DNA of 18,965 nt from a virus (Duplodnaviria > Heunggongvirae > Uroviricota > Caudoviricetes), in IMG/VR virus record IMGVR_UViG_2537561689_000013, one strand, 5' to 3'. The notes beneath the pieces were generated by a model. That model was not told the origin of the DNA, searched no databases, and saw nothing but the letters and a program-made list of their open reading frames with translations. Shown piece after piece: positions 17,862-18,965 of the stretch; the first letter of the stretch is position 1; each line of letters opens with the position of its first letter. The position numbers and the translations under genes are program-made.

Positions 17862-18963
17862 CAGGCTGCGGCATTTTGTCCGCGCCGGGCTTCGCTCACT
17901 GTTCCGGCCGGAGCCACAGACCGCCGTTGAATGGGCGGATGCCAATTACTATCTCCCGAAAGAATCCGCATACCAGGAAGGGCGCTGGGAAACACTGCCC
18001 TTTCAGCGGGCCATCATGAATGCGATGGGCAGTGACTACGTCCGCGAGGTGAATGTGGTGAAGTCTGCCCGTGTTGGTTATTCCAAAATGCTGCTGGGTG
18101 TTTATGCCTACTTCATAGAGCATAAGCAGCGCAACACCCTTATCTGGTTGCCGACGGATGGTGATGCCGAGAACTTTATGAAAACCCACGTTGAGCCGAC
18201 CATCCGCGATATTCCGTCGCTGCTGGCGCTGGCTCCGTGGTATGGCAAAAAGCACCGGGATAACACGCTCACCATGAAGCGTTTTTCCAATGGTCGTGGC
18301 TTCTGGTGCCTGGGCGGTAAAGCGGCAAAAAACTACCGTGAAAAGTCGGTGGATGTGGCGGGTTATGATGAACTTGCTGCCTTTGATGAGGATATTGAAC
18401 AGGAAGGCTCTCCGACGTTCCTGGGCGATAAGCGTATTGAAGGCTCGGTCTGGCCAAAGTCCATCCGTGGCTCCACGCCCAAAGTGAGAGGCACATGCCA
18501 GATTGAGCGTGCAGCCAGTGAATCCCCGCATTTTATGCGTTTTCATGTTGCCTGCCCGCACTGCGGGGAGGAGCAGTACCTTAAATTTGGCGATAAAGAG
18601 ACGCCGTTTGGCCTCAAATGGACGCCGGATGACCCCTCCAGCGTGTTTTATCTCTGCGAGCATAATGCCTGCGTCATCCGCCAGCAGGAGCTGGACTTTA
18701 CTGATGCCCGTTATATCTGCGAAAAGACCGGGATCTGGACCCGTGATGGCATTCTCTGGTTTTCGTCATCCGGTGAAGAGATTGAACCGCCTGACAGTGT
18801 GACCTTTCACATCTGGACAGCGTACAGCCCGTTCACCACCTGGGTGCAGATTGTCAAAGACTGGATGAAGACGAAAGGGGATACGGGAAAACGTAAAACC
18901 TTCGTGAACACCACGCTCGGTGAGACGTGGGAAGCGGAAAATCGGCGAACGTCCGGATGCTGA
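17836..18963 (+). CDS. A: Terminase large subunit A (lambda-type), N-terminal 375 codons; reading frame breaks at about 18934 (apparent +1 frameshift) and the gene continues beyond the window in another frame
   Basis: MNISNSQVNRLRHFVRAGLRSLFRPEPQTAVEWADANYYLPKESAYQEGRWETLPFQRAIMNAMG... matches lambda gpA. The frame ends ...TLGETWEAENRRTSGC*, whereas the +1 frame after GAAGCGG reads KIGERPDAE, which is the lambda continuation. Confidence 0.85.
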   Translation: MNISNSQVNRLRHFVRAGLRSLFRPEPQTAVEWADANYYLPKESAYQEGRWETLPFQRAIMNAMGSDYVREVNVVKSARVGYSKMLLGVYAYFIEHKQRNTLIWLPTDGDAENFMKTHVEPTIRDIPSLLALAPWYGKKHRDNTLTMKRFSNGRGFWCLGGKAAKNYREKSVDVAGYDELAAFDEDIEQEGSPTFLGDKRIEGSVWPKSIRGSTPKVRGTCQIERAASESPHFMRFHVACPHCGEEQYLKFGDKETPFGLKWTPDDPSSVFYLCEHNACVIRQQELDFTDARYICEKTGIWTRDGILWFSSSGEEIEPPDSVTFHIWTAYSPFTTWVQIVKDWMKTKGDTGKRKTFVNTTLGETWEAENRRTSGC

Positions 18964-18965
18964 AG

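Noticed and set aside
17217-18802. ORFs antisense or out of frame relative to nu1 and A (e.g. 17217..17756 minus, 17896..18663 minus, 18503..18802 plus)
   Set aside because: nu1 and A are near-identical to lambda terminase genes; the overlapping frames are by-products.

Overview
Mosaic accessory region from an enterobacterial (E. coli-like) chromosome. Left to right: (1) the 5' part of an IS21-family insertion sequence (IS100-like istA, minus strand, running off the left edge); (2) a BetT-like BCCT transporter and a DUF2254-like membrane protein; (3) a ~2.4 kb strongly AT-rich island with a tightly coupled minus-strand three-gene operon (ParA/MinD-type ATPase plus two proteins I cannot assign to any family); (4) the right half of a lambdoid prophage in plus orientation: hok toxin, rem-like ORF, YdfU/DUF968-like protein, RusA, Q antiterminator, then a moron block (a 427-aa minus-strand protein whose N-terminus looks like an HslV/proteasome-beta Ntn-hydrolase domain, a small ORF, a DPPY-type DNA methyltransferase, tRNA-Thr(UGU) and tRNA-Gly(UCC)), a lysis cassette with GH108-type endolysin, bor, cos, and lambda-type terminase genes nu1 and A. 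Gene A shows an apparent +1 frameshift just before the window ends. The prophage early arm (int, repressor, replication) is not in the window. No CRISPR array or rRNA was seen. All homology statements rest on recognising protein motifs by eye and from memory; no database search was run.
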